Source: an uncultured Clostridia bacterium
GTDB lineage: Bacteria; Bacillota; Clostridia; Christensenellales; CAG-138
Reading direction: 5' to 3'
Assembly (NCBI GenBank): GCA_947168855.1
Contig: CAMVNO010000003.1
Span: 155,474 to 219,473 of the forward strand
Length of the DNA: 64,000 nt
The notes under the pieces were generated by a model. It did no database searches, was not told the DNA's origin, and saw only the letters and a program-made list of their open reading frames with translations. Shown piece by piece: positions 54,078-62,905 of this stretch. Both the position numbers and the translations under genes were made by a program. Position 1 is the stretch's first letter. Each line of letters starts with the position of its first letter.

Positions 54078-54608
54078 CTATGCGCGCGGGAGCAGAAAGC
54101 GCCGGATGCCTTTCTGATAGGCGCGCAGCATGATCTGATACGCGGCGTCAAGCAAAAACAGGAAAAAAACGAGACCGAGCGCAATGAGCGCCGTCACAAG
54201 CGGCGGGAACAGGGTGAAAAGTTCGATCCCGATCAGATACAGAACGAACAGCACGAGCGCAGTCCACAGAACGGTGATCCCGAGCGGCAGAAGCGTCGCC
54301 AGATACGCGTTCTTCCGGTTTCGCAGCGCATGGCGCAGCGGAACGTACGGCGCGAGCACGCAGACAAACGCAAGCCATGCAAAATGCGGCACGGGCAAAA
54401 ACAGGACGATCACAGCGATCAGAAGGTCGCAGACGATCGCATATCCCCAGAGACGCTCCTCGCACAGCGGCAGCATGCACAAAGCGATCGGCAGGAAAAA
54501 GAGCAGCGCCCAAAGCCCCGTGAGCTCTGCGGCGCAAAGCAGCAGAAGACAGAGGAGCGCGCACATCGGCACAAGCCGTTTTACGGATGCGGTTCGATCG
54601 TTTGTCAT
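54078..54608 (-). CDS. Uncharacterised polytopic membrane protein
   Basis: 176 aa with ~5 TM helices, wedged between the SLOG gene and the PBP gene. Confidence 0.55.
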   Translation of the reverse strand: MTNDRTASVKRLVPMCALLCLLLLCAAELTGLWALLFFLPIALCMLPLCEERLWGYAIVCDLLIAVIVLFLPVPHFAWLAFVCVLAPYVPLRHALRNRKNAYLATLLPLGITVLWTALVLFVLYLIGIELFTLFPPLVTALIALGLVFFLFLLDAAYQIMLRAYQKGIRRFLLPRA

Positions 54609-54609
54609 C

Positions 54610-55074
54610 TCAAATCCGAAGGACCGTTAAGCCCTTCGCCTCCGCCATTTGCATGGTCTGCGCCGAGCCGCTGGGGCTTTTGCGCACGTAGGCAATGCAG
54701 AACCGGGAATCGTTTACCATGCGCGCGTTTCGGCTGCGCATGCATCCGGGACGATATGTCTCGGAAAGATACAGGACTTCGTCCGCGGCGTCCAGAAGCG
54801 CCTGATATCGCTGCCGGTCGGCGGGGGAATAGGCGTGCGCCTGTCCCCGGTACGGAACGTAAACGGACAGCGTGACGGACGGATCGACCTTCTTCACGGC
54901 AAGGATCCATTCGCCCGCCAGAAGATCGAAGCCCTTTGCGCCGCCGACCAGAAAATGCCGGCAGCCTTCGCGGATCGCGTCGTTGACCGAGGCTTCCAGC
55001 GCGGAAAGCAGCGCGGCGTAGTCCGGCGTGTCAAACGCCGGCAGATCGCGGTGTCCGGTAAAGCAGCAGGTCAT
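54610..55074 (-). CDS. SLOG-fold DUF1273 (YpsA/YoqJ-like) protein
   Basis: Starts MTCCFTGHRDLP, with ...FLVGGAKGFDLLAGEW..., the typical DUF1273 N-terminus and Rossmann-like core. Confidence 0.78.
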   Translation of the reverse strand: MTCCFTGHRDLPAFDTPDYAALLSALEASVNDAIREGCRHFLVGGAKGFDLLAGEWILAVKKVDPSVTLSVYVPYRGQAHAYSPADRQRYQALLDAADEVLYLSETYRPGCMRSRNARMVNDSRFCIAYVRKSPSGSAQTMQMAEAKGLTVLRI

Positions 55075-55913
55075 AGGAGCGCTCCTTTCTGCATGGTTCG
55101 TCCGCGAAGCAGGCGGGACAGCGCTTCGCGATCGTTTGCGTCGAACGCCGCAAACAGCGCAGCGGCAAGCTCTTTCGCCTCGTCAAAGAGCATCGGGACG
55201 CTTTCATCCCGCACGCGGTCCGGTTCCCACGGGGAGGTCCAGGCGCGGCGCGAGCGGTTCATGCAGTCTTCAGGATCCTCGTGATCCGGTCCGATCAGCA
55301 GATCGGAAAGGAACCCGGGTTTTCGGATCCGGCGCTCGAAAAACCGCAGAAAGCGATAGCGCCGGTTTTCGGGATCGAACATCAGAGGCGCAAGCCTGCG
55401 GTATTTCCGGAAGCCGCGCATATAGGCGCCGCGGACGTTTTTATTCAGGAGCGCTTCGGAAACGTCGGAAAGAAGCGCGTCGATTTTTGCGGTGTCCGCG
55501 CGCATCCGCAGCATGGTGCGGAACGGGAATTCATGACGCGTTTGCGCATAGACGATCGAGTCGATCACGCCCTCGAAACGGGCATGCGCGATCCCGTGAT
55601 GCGCGCTCTCGATATAGGGATGCAGCGTGCTGTCCAGCGCAATGTGCGTCAGAAACCCGTACAGGTACGGACGGAGCGCGGCGTCGGCATGATCGCAGAG
55701 CGCGGAAAAGAGCACGCCGCAATCGAGCCCGTGCAGGGCGTTGCCGTGCTTTTTCTGGTGGGGAATGAACGGCGTCGGCGGAAGGCGGTCGTAGAAATAA
55801 TAATCCGGACCGAGGCAGCCGAGCAGATACATTTCCCCGAGCGAATCGAGCGGCTTTCCCGCCGCTTCGGCGACGCGCGCGCCGAATACGAGATGCGTGC
55901 AAATGTTTGGCAT
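55071..55913 (-). CDS. Zinc-dependent phospholipase C-like family protein
   Basis: Starts MPNICTHLVFG, with ...His-rich (HGNALHG, THIALDSTLHPYIESAHHGIAH). Its stop overlaps the next start. Confidence 0.6.
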   Translation of the reverse strand: MPNICTHLVFGARVAEAAGKPLDSLGEMYLLGCLGPDYYFYDRLPPTPFIPHQKKHGNALHGLDCGVLFSALCDHADAALRPYLYGFLTHIALDSTLHPYIESAHHGIAHARFEGVIDSIVYAQTRHEFPFRTMLRMRADTAKIDALLSDVSEALLNKNVRGAYMRGFRKYRRLAPLMFDPENRRYRFLRFFERRIRKPGFLSDLLIGPDHEDPEDCMNRSRRAWTSPWEPDRVRDESVPMLFDEAKELAAALFAAFDANDREALSRLLRGRTMQKGALL

Positions 55914-56061
55914 AGGTATATGATACCATATTTTCCGGATTTTGTATGCGTTTTATACGCGTTTTTTTATCTTTTTGTAAACGAAATGCAAAATCTCTTC
56001 CGATTTGCAAAATGCGTGATAAAATGTCGGCATAGAAATGATCGCGGAGGTGGAGCGACCG

Positions 56062-56967
56062 ATGAAACGCATCAAAAACAGAAAAAAGCATTTTCGGATC
56101 ACAAATCCGCTGGGATTCTCGCTGTTCTGCGCAATGATCATCCTGGTCGCAGGACTGGTCGTCGGCACGGTGTTTCTTGTCAAGGGCGGATATGTCCGCG
56201 AGATGCTGAACTGCGCAAAATCGGAGCTGAACGGAGAGCGTTCGACGCCGACGCAGGAGGCGGAGGCTACGCCGGAAGCGACGGACGAACCGTCTCTCAC
56301 GCCGACGGAATCCGCAGAGGAAACGCCCGATATCGGCACGCCTGTACCGGAGACGCCCACGCCGCCGCCGCTGGAACCGGAAACGCCGGATCCCGAGGCG
56401 ACCTATGATCCGAGCAAGGACCCGAACGCGCCGCTTGCCGGCTTTACGATCGGACTGGACCCGATGCGCGGCGGTTCGAAATACAAATCCGAAGGCGAAT
56501 TCGATCTGGCGTTTTGCAAGGAGCTCGGCGCGTATCTCGAGTCCAAAGGCGCGACGGTCGTCATCACCCGCAACAGCAACAATGATCTCGGGACAAGCAA
56601 ACGCGCGAAGATCATCAAAAATGCGGACTGCGACGTTGCGCTCCGGATTCTGTGCAACCACATCTCCGCCAATTCCTCCGGCTGCTACGTACAGGCAACA
56701 AAGAAAAACACGGGTTACGGACAGATCCTGATCGACTCCTATTCCGAAGCGACCGGAATCAAGAAGCAGAGCGGCAAAAAGAACGGCGTCGATAAGATCA
56801 GCACCGATAAAGTGGGGTCCGCCTGCGGCTGTCCGTGCGTACGTCTGGTCCTCGGCAACTGGAACAATAAAAAGGAACGCGCGAAACTCCAGGATGAGGC
56901 GTTCCGGCAGAAGATGCTCGAATCGATCTACGAAGGGCTTCTGAAACAGCTGAAGCCGCAGGGATAA
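56062..56967 (+). CDS. N-acetylmuramoyl-L-alanine amidase-like (Amidase_3) protein with TM anchor and P/T/E-rich linker
   Basis: TM segment (FSLFCAMIILVAGLVVGTVFLV), a linker rich in TPE repeats, then IGLDPMRGG...E...VITR...CNHIS resembling the Amidase_3 core. Confidence 0.7.
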   Translation: MKRIKNRKKHFRITNPLGFSLFCAMIILVAGLVVGTVFLVKGGYVREMLNCAKSELNGERSTPTQEAEATPEATDEPSLTPTESAEETPDIGTPVPETPTPPPLEPETPDPEATYDPSKDPNAPLAGFTIGLDPMRGGSKYKSEGEFDLAFCKELGAYLESKGATVVITRNSNNDLGTSKRAKIIKNADCDVALRILCNHISANSSGCYVQATKKNTGYGQILIDSYSEATGIKKQSGKKNGVDKISTDKVGSACGCPCVRLVLGNWNNKKERAKLQDEAFRQKMLESIYEGLLKQLKPQG

Positions 56968-56981
56968 CTGAGAAGCGAAAC

Positions 56982-57013
56982 GGCGCGCGGGGATTGGCTA
57001 CGCGCGCCTTTTT
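56982..57013 (+). terminator. Rho-independent terminator after the amidase gene
   Basis: ggcgcgcg-gggattggcta-cgcgcgcc followed by TTTTT. Confidence 0.75.
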
Positions 57014-57108
57014 CCAAAAAACGGAAGCGGACTTTTCGGAAACAGACGCGTTTTGCCGCAACCGAATCCGTCTCTTTCCGGTATTATATGTGAGGAGCGA
57101 AACAAACG

Positions 57109-57621
57109 TTGGAACACAGCATGCAATTTGAGCAGATTGAGCCCGTCAACAACGACCTCGACGCCCTGTTTGAAACGTACGGCGACATGGTATATCGCCT
57201 GGCGCTGGTGCGGACCAGAAGCATTGCCGACGCGGAAGACGTCGTGCAGGAGGTCTTTTTGCGGTGTCTGAAAAACAACCCCGTTTTCCAAAGCGCAGAG
57301 CATCAGAAGGCGTGGCTTCTTAAAGTCGCGGTCAACTGCTCCAAAACGCTGCTGGGGAGCGCGTTCCGGCGGCACAGCGTGCCGGAGGACGCAATGGGCG
57401 AGCTGGTTTCGGAGGACGATTCGCCGGATTCGACTGTGTACGACGCTGTTTTGAAACTCCCGGAAAAATACCGTACGGCAATCCATTTGTACTATTACGA
57501 GGATTATTCCGTCAAGGAGATCGCGAGCCTCATGCGAACGACCGAATCGACCGTGAAATCGTGGCTGCACCGTGCAAGAGGAATGCTGAAAGAGACGCTC
57601 GGAGGAGAATATGATGTTTAA
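57109..57621 (+). CDS. ECF-type RNA polymerase sigma factor
   Basis: Region 2 (YGDMVYRLALVRTRSIADAEDVVQEVFLR) and region 4 (KYRTAIHLYYYEDYSVKEIASLM) are present. Confidence 0.88.
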   Translation: MEHSMQFEQIEPVNNDLDALFETYGDMVYRLALVRTRSIADAEDVVQEVFLRCLKNNPVFQSAEHQKAWLLKVAVNCSKTLLGSAFRRHSVPEDAMGELVSEDDSPDSTVYDAVLKLPEKYRTAIHLYYYEDYSVKEIASLMRTTESTVKSWLHRARGMLKETLGGEYDV

Positions 57622-59689
57622 GGATGCATATCGCAGAAAGAACGACGCCGTCCACGCGCGGGAAGGCTTGCTGGATGAAATCAGAACGGCGCATGCCGTA
57701 CAGTCGCGCGGGGAACGGCAAAAGACAAATCGCCGCAGACAATGGCTGATCGCGATCCCCACGGTCGCCGTCGCTGCCGCAGCATGCGTTGCGGTCGTGA
57801 TCGGGATCAACGCGGGCGGCAAAAAGAATTACGCATCCGAAGTGAAATCTGCGGAAGCGGGTTATACGAGCATGCTCGACGCGTCCGAAGCATCCGTACA
57901 GATGCAGGCAGAAGCGCCCGTTGCCGTCGAATCCTATGAAGAGCTCGGCAAGATCATGGAAGCCCGCGGCGAAAAGAGCGGCCTCTGGATCTACAAAAAC
58001 AGCGACGCCGTTGCGGAAAGTGCGCCGACAGAGGCAGAAGAGCCTGCCGCCGTGCAGTCCGACACGGTGATGATGAAGGGCGAAAACGGCATACTGACGG
58101 CCGACGCAAGCGGACGAAGCTATACCGGAACGAACATTCAGGTCGAGGGTGTCGACGAAGCGGATATCGTCAAGACGGACGGAACCTGGATCTATACGCT
58201 GAATCAGGCGAACAATAAAGTCTATATCCTTTCCGCGGAGGGCAAGGAAACCGCCGTCGTCGGCACGATCAAGCTCAAGACCGCGTCCGAAAAGGACACA
58301 TACTGGTGCTATTACAGTGAAATGATGCTGTACGGCGATCGCCTCTACATCCTCGGCACGCGTTCCGACTGGAGCGACAAGATCAGCGACGAGGATCGCA
58401 CCTATGCGTTCGCGGAGGTCTATGATCTCAGCGACCGCACCGCGCCGAAGCATCTGACCTCGCACAAGCAGCAGGGCGAATACCGCACCGCGCGGCTTTG
58501 CGGGGATCTGCTTGTGATCGTTTCGGATTACCGCATCTGGTCCTGGCATCCTCTGGACGGCGGCCCGATCATGTACTGTCCGAAGGTGGTCACGAACGAC
58601 AGCACCTCGGTACTGGAACCGAAAGAGATCTATGTCAATCCGGATTCCGAAGAAAACGGATTCACCGTTGTGACGACGATGAACGCCGCGGACGGAACCG
58701 CGTTTGATTCGCACAAGGCGGTGCTCGGCGGCTGCAGCACGGTCTACTGCAACGGAGCGGATCTCCTGGTCGCATCCGAGGAATGGACCAGCGATCAGAG
58801 TGAGGAACAGACCGACGCAAACGGCAAGCATTTCGTCAGGATCATATCCGGATCGAGCACGAACCTGTTCCGCTTCACGATTGAGAACGGCGAGATCGAA
58901 GCCGCCGCCAGCGCGAAGCTTCCCGGATCGCTTCTGAACCAGTTCAGCATGGACGCATACAACGGCTATTACCGGCTCGTGGTGACGCGTTCCGACAGCG
59001 AGGAAACGATCTGGACGGACGGCATCGACACATACGAATGGAACAACAGCAGCAACTGCACGCTGTATGTGCTCGACGGCGATCTGAACCCGGTCGGTCA
59101 GATAGACGATCTTGCGAAGGACGAGCGCGTGCAGTCCGTGCGGTTCATGGGCGATGTCGCGTACTTTGTGACCTTCCGGCAGGTCGATCCGCTGTTCTCG
59201 GCGGACCTGTCCGATCCGGAGAATCCGAAGATCCTCAGTACGCTCAGGATCCCGGGATTCTCGGCATACCTGCATCCGTTCGGCGAAGGAAAGCTCCTGG
59301 GCATCGGCTTCGACGCGGATGAGGAGCACGGCTGGACGGAGAACGTCAAGCTTTCGATGTACGACGTTTCCGATCCGGCAAACGTCACCGAAGCGTTCAA
59401 GCTGTCCTTGAAGGACGTCAACTATACGTCCGTGCAGTACAACCATAAGATCTTGTTTGTCGACGTCGACACGCAGACGATCGCGTTCCCGGCGGACGAC
59501 GCATACTATGTGTTCCGCGTGGAGAACGGCGCGTTCAAACAGATCGGGAAGATCGAAACCGGCGAGTACTGGTACGACGGCGGACGCGGACTGTTTGTGG
59601 ACGACGCGTTCTATGTCATCGGCACGGAAGCTGTCACGGTGCTGTCCTTTGAAACGATGAAAAAGCTTGCTTCGATCAAGCTGAAATAA
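57611..59689 (+). CDS. Membrane-anchored beta-propeller domain protein, probable cognate anti-sigma or sensor
   Basis: Overlaps the sigma gene by 11 nt. It has a short cytoplasmic N-terminus, one TM and a large extracytoplasmic domain with NIQVEGVDEADIVKTDGTWIYTL, typical of the 'beta propeller' family common in Clostridia. Confidence 0.78.
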   Translation: MMFKDAYRRKNDAVHAREGLLDEIRTAHAVQSRGERQKTNRRRQWLIAIPTVAVAAAACVAVVIGINAGGKKNYASEVKSAEAGYTSMLDASEASVQMQAEAPVAVESYEELGKIMEARGEKSGLWIYKNSDAVAESAPTEAEEPAAVQSDTVMMKGENGILTADASGRSYTGTNIQVEGVDEADIVKTDGTWIYTLNQANNKVYILSAEGKETAVVGTIKLKTASEKDTYWCYYSEMMLYGDRLYILGTRSDWSDKISDEDRTYAFAEVYDLSDRTAPKHLTSHKQQGEYRTARLCGDLLVIVSDYRIWSWHPLDGGPIMYCPKVVTNDSTSVLEPKEIYVNPDSEENGFTVVTTMNAADGTAFDSHKAVLGGCSTVYCNGADLLVASEEWTSDQSEEQTDANGKHFVRIISGSSTNLFRFTIENGEIEAAASAKLPGSLLNQFSMDAYNGYYRLVVTRSDSEETIWTDGIDTYEWNNSSNCTLYVLDGDLNPVGQIDDLAKDERVQSVRFMGDVAYFVTFRQVDPLFSADLSDPENPKILSTLRIPGFSAYLHPFGEGKLLGIGFDADEEHGWTENVKLSMYDVSDPANVTEAFKLSLKDVNYTSVQYNHKILFVDVDTQTIAFPADDAYYVFRVENGAFKQIGKIETGEYWYDGGRGLFVDDAFYVIGTEAVTVLSFETMKKLASIKLK

Positions 59690-59703
59690 ACGAATGCCGC
59701 AAG

Positions 59704-59889
59704 AAAGAGGGCGTTAAGAAATTTCTTAACACCCTCTTTATGAATTCCCGCTTCGCTCCGCGAATTGTCCTTTGGACATGAATTGCGCCTTCCGGCGCAT
59801 GAATTGACGGCAAAGCCGATTCATGCAGCCATGCTGCAATTCAAAGGGAATGTTAAGAAATGCAAAACACTTTCTTAACATCCTCTTTT
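59704..59889 (+). repeat. Mirror-word hairpin array L3 (homologous to L1), bracketed by two gttaagaa/ttcttaac hairpins
   Basis: Forward words start at 59740, 59761, 59777 and 59798. Reverse words start at 59818 and 59837. The first ~80 nt align with L1 at roughly 85% identity by eye. Confidence 0.7.
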
Positions 59890-59905
59890 GATTGGGTTTT
59901 GCGGA

Positions 59906-61240
59906 TCAGTATCCGTACTTTTTGCGCTTGACCGCCATAAACAGGAATGAGAGCGCGGTCGCCATGAATTCCGCGACGACAACCGACAGCCACAGTCCGT
60001 TGATGCCGAACAGCAGAGGAAGCAGCAGGATCGCGCCGAGCTCGAAGACCAGCGTCCGCAAAAACGAAATGATCGCCGAGGTCACGCCGTCGTTTAAGGC
60101 GGTGAAGAAACTTGAGCCGAAGATCGCAAAGCCGATGAAGAAGAAGGACAGCCCGAAAAAGCGGAACCCGGATTCGGTCAGCAGCATCAGCTCCGCGTCA
60201 TAGCCGACGAACAGCAGCGCCAAAGGTCGGGCAAGCAATTCCGCAGCCGCAACCATCAGCACGCCGCCGAGCAGCAGCAGGAGCAGGCTCTTTTTGAGCA
60301 GGTTTTTGAGTTCGGCGCCGTTCTGTGCCCCGAAATGGAAGCCGAAGACCGGCGCGGTGCCGATGGAGTAGCCGATGAAGATCGCGGCGAAGATCATATT
60401 GACGTACATCATGACGCCGTATGCCGCCACGCCGTTTTCGCCCGCGTATTTCAAAAGCTGCAGGTTCATGACGATGCCGACGATGCTCATCGAAGCGCTG
60501 CTCACAAGCTCCGACACGCCGTTGGTCGTCGCCTTCCAGAGCGCGCGCCCGTCGAAGCGCGTCCTGCCGAGCCGGAGGATGCTGCTGTTTTTGCGGAAGA
60601 AATAGATCAGCGGAACGCCGCCGCCAACGAGCTGCCCGAGTGCGGTCGCGATCGCTGCGCCCGTGAGCTTCAGCTCCTGCGGCAGCAGCGTGACCAGCAC
60701 GGCGTCGCCGATCATGTTCGCGACGCCGCCCGCGACGATCACCCAGAAGCCGAGGTTCGGCTTTTCCGCGGCGACGAAGAAGCTTTGAAACAGAAGCTGC
60801 AGAATGAAGAACGGCATCGCCGCAATGACGATCCTGCCGTAGATCACGCAGTTGTCAAGGAGCGTGCCCTCCGCGCCCAAAAGCCTTGCGATCGGACGAA
60901 GAAAGACGACGCCGAGGACGGAGAACAGCACGCCGAGCACGAACGACGCATAGACGAACAGCGAGAAATACCGGTTCGCGCGCTCTGGATCGCCCTCGCC
61001 GAAGGTTTTCGAGACGAGCGCCGTGCCGCCGGTGCCGAACATAAAGCCCACGGTTGCCACGACCATGATGAACGGCATGATGAGATTGACCGCCGCGAAC
61101 GGCTCCTTGCCGGCAAAGTTGGAAACAAAATACCCGTCGACCACGCCGTAGATTGAGGTAAAGATCATCATGGCGATGGACGGCAGGGTAAATCGCAGCA
61201 GCTTCCGGTAGGTAAAATGATCGGAAAGCCGGATACTCAT
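59906..61240 (-). CDS. MATE-family efflux transporter
   Basis: 444 aa with 12 TM helices and N-terminus ..YRKLLRFTLPSIAMMIFTSIYGVVDGYFVSNF. The chosen start is 61240. Confidence 0.9.
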   Translation of the reverse strand: MSIRLSDHFTYRKLLRFTLPSIAMMIFTSIYGVVDGYFVSNFAGKEPFAAVNLIMPFIMVVATVGFMFGTGGTALVSKTFGEGDPERANRYFSLFVYASFVLGVLFSVLGVVFLRPIARLLGAEGTLLDNCVIYGRIVIAAMPFFILQLLFQSFFVAAEKPNLGFWVIVAGGVANMIGDAVLVTLLPQELKLTGAAIATALGQLVGGGVPLIYFFRKNSSILRLGRTRFDGRALWKATTNGVSELVSSASMSIVGIVMNLQLLKYAGENGVAAYGVMMYVNMIFAAIFIGYSIGTAPVFGFHFGAQNGAELKNLLKKSLLLLLLGGVLMVAAAELLARPLALLFVGYDAELMLLTESGFRFFGLSFFFIGFAIFGSSFFTALNDGVTSAIISFLRTLVFELGAILLLPLLFGINGLWLSVVVAEFMATALSFLFMAVKRKKYGY

Positions 61241-61857
61241 GCTTTGCTCTCGAAATACCGGTTGGCAAAGTCGGCGACGGCGGCGGCAAGCGTCTTCATG
61301 TCCCAGTCGCCGGTGTTGACGGTGAGGTGGTAGCTTTCGCACTTGCCCCATTCGCTGCCGGTGAGAAACTCACGGGTCCTTGCGCGCGCTTTGTCGATCT
61401 CCTTCATCTTGCGGACGATCTCGCGGTCGGTCAGCTTTTCGTCCTCCCGCGCGCGGGCGCGGCAGCGGGCGATCTTCGCTTCGCGGTCGGCGCAGACGAA
61501 GATGCTGAACGGATTGAGAGCCTTGAGGATCGCGTCGGCGTTTCTGCCGATGATCACGCAGTCCTTGCCGAGCGCGGCGATCCCTTCGATAACCTTTTTC
61601 TGCTGGATCAGGAGGTCGATCTTCGACGCGTTCATGTACGCGACCGAATGCATCGTGCCGCCGAAGGACACGGGGAAGTCCTGCCAGCCGTGATTGTCCA
61701 GCGTGGTTTCGACAAAGTTCGGATCCAGTCCGCTCTTTTCGGCGATCGCGGAGATGATTTCGCTGTCGTAGTAGTCAAACCCCAGAAGGTCGGCGATGCG
61801 CTTGCCGAGCTCGCGCCCGCCCGAGCCGAATTCGCGGCTTACGGTAATGATTCTCAT
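61237..61857 (-). CDS. Cytidylate kinase-like (AAA/P-loop) family protein
   Basis: Starts MRIITVSREFGSGGRELGKRIADLLGFDYYD, characteristic of the cytidylate-kinase-like family. Confidence 0.8.
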   Translation of the reverse strand: MRIITVSREFGSGGRELGKRIADLLGFDYYDSEIISAIAEKSGLDPNFVETTLDNHGWQDFPVSFGGTMHSVAYMNASKIDLLIQQKKVIEGIAALGKDCVIIGRNADAILKALNPFSIFVCADREAKIARCRARAREDEKLTDREIVRKMKEIDKARARTREFLTGSEWGKCESYHLTVNTGDWDMKTLAAAVADFANRYFESKA

Positions 61858-61981
61858 GATTGATCTCCTTTCCGTGACGCTCCGTTGCGGAACGCCGCAC
61901 AGATCATATATGAAATATAGTACATTTCGCGCGAAAAGTCAATCGAATCGGCAGAAATCGACACGAGCTGCGGAAAGACTC

Positions 61982-62010
61982 TTGCAAGCGAAAGCCGTTT
62001 GCGGTACAAT
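61982..62010 (+). promoter_or_regulatory. Candidate sigma-A promoter of udk
   Basis: TTGCAA, 17-nt spacer, TACAAT. Confidence 0.5.
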
Positions 62011-62041
62011 ACAATCAATCATTCCGGAGGGGGACGCATTT

Positions 62042-62716
62042 ATGATCATCGTGGGCATCTGCGGCGCATCGGGCAGCGGCAAAAGCACGCTTGCCAAAAG
62101 GATTCAGGACAGTCTTTCGTGCAGCTGCGTCATCATCGGACAGGACTGCTATTACAAGAGCTTTCCCGAGCTGCCGTTTGAGGAACGCGTACACATCAAC
62201 TACGACGAACCGAACATCTTTGACTACGACGAGATCATCCGCGATCTTGACACGCTCGAAAGCGGCAAGCCGATCACGAAGAAGGGATACGACTACGCCG
62301 CGCATCTGAGAGCCGATTCGGACGAGCTCATCGATCCGCCCGAGGTGCTGATCATGGAAGGCATCCACATGTTCTACGACCACCGCCTTCTGGATCGCAT
62401 GGTGCTGAAGGTCTATATGCACGTCGACACCGACATCTGCCTGCTGCGACGCATCAAGCGCGACATCAAGAGCCGCGGCAGAACGATCGACAACATCGCC
62501 GAGCAGTACATCGAAACGGTCAAGCCCATGTATGAGAAATACATTGTGAACTACATCACCGACGCCGACTTTGCGATCATGCGCGGCGGCAAAAACAAGA
62601 TGGCGATCGACTGCATTTCCGCGTATCTCACGACCAAAGTCCTTGCCGAGCGGTTTGAAAAGGAATCCGGCGTGCGGCAGGCGGCGCCCGCGGAGCCGGA
62701 AAACGACGAAGAATAA
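62042..62716 (+). CDS. udk: Uridine kinase
   Basis: Starts MIIVGICGASGSGKSTLA, with ...NYDEPNIFDYD... and ...RRIKRDIKSRGR.... Confidence 0.9.
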   Translation: MIIVGICGASGSGKSTLAKRIQDSLSCSCVIIGQDCYYKSFPELPFEERVHINYDEPNIFDYDEIIRDLDTLESGKPITKKGYDYAAHLRADSDELIDPPEVLIMEGIHMFYDHRLLDRMVLKVYMHVDTDICLLRRIKRDIKSRGRTIDNIAEQYIETVKPMYEKYIVNYITDADFAIMRGGKNKMAIDCISAYLTTKVLAERFEKESGVRQAAPAEPENDEE

Positions 62717-62729
62717 CTCAGATCCGAAC

Positions 62730-62784
62730 GGGGACGGAGCGATCCGTCTCCTTTTTTATGCCGGGGGAAGCCCGGCATTTTTTG
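62730..62784 (+). terminator. Two tandem rho-independent terminators after udk
   Basis: gacgga-gcga-tccgtc followed by TTTTTT, then atgccggg-ggaa-gcccggcat followed by TTTTTT. Confidence 0.7.
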
Positions 62785-62860
62785 TATATTTGCAGAAACC
62801 GGCGCGATTCGGCAAAATAAGTGTTGACAAAGCAGGGGGAATATGGCACTATATGTGCAG

Positions 62861-62891
62861 AAAGTTTAGTGATCGTAAACTTTAAGTTTAG
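62861..62891. promoter_or_regulatory. Candidate operator upstream of the XRE/cupin regulator
   Basis: Palindrome AAAGTTTA-gtgatcg-TAAACTTT followed directly by a third half-site AAGTTTAG. Confidence 0.3.
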
Positions 62892-62905
62892 AAAGGATAG
62901 ACACG

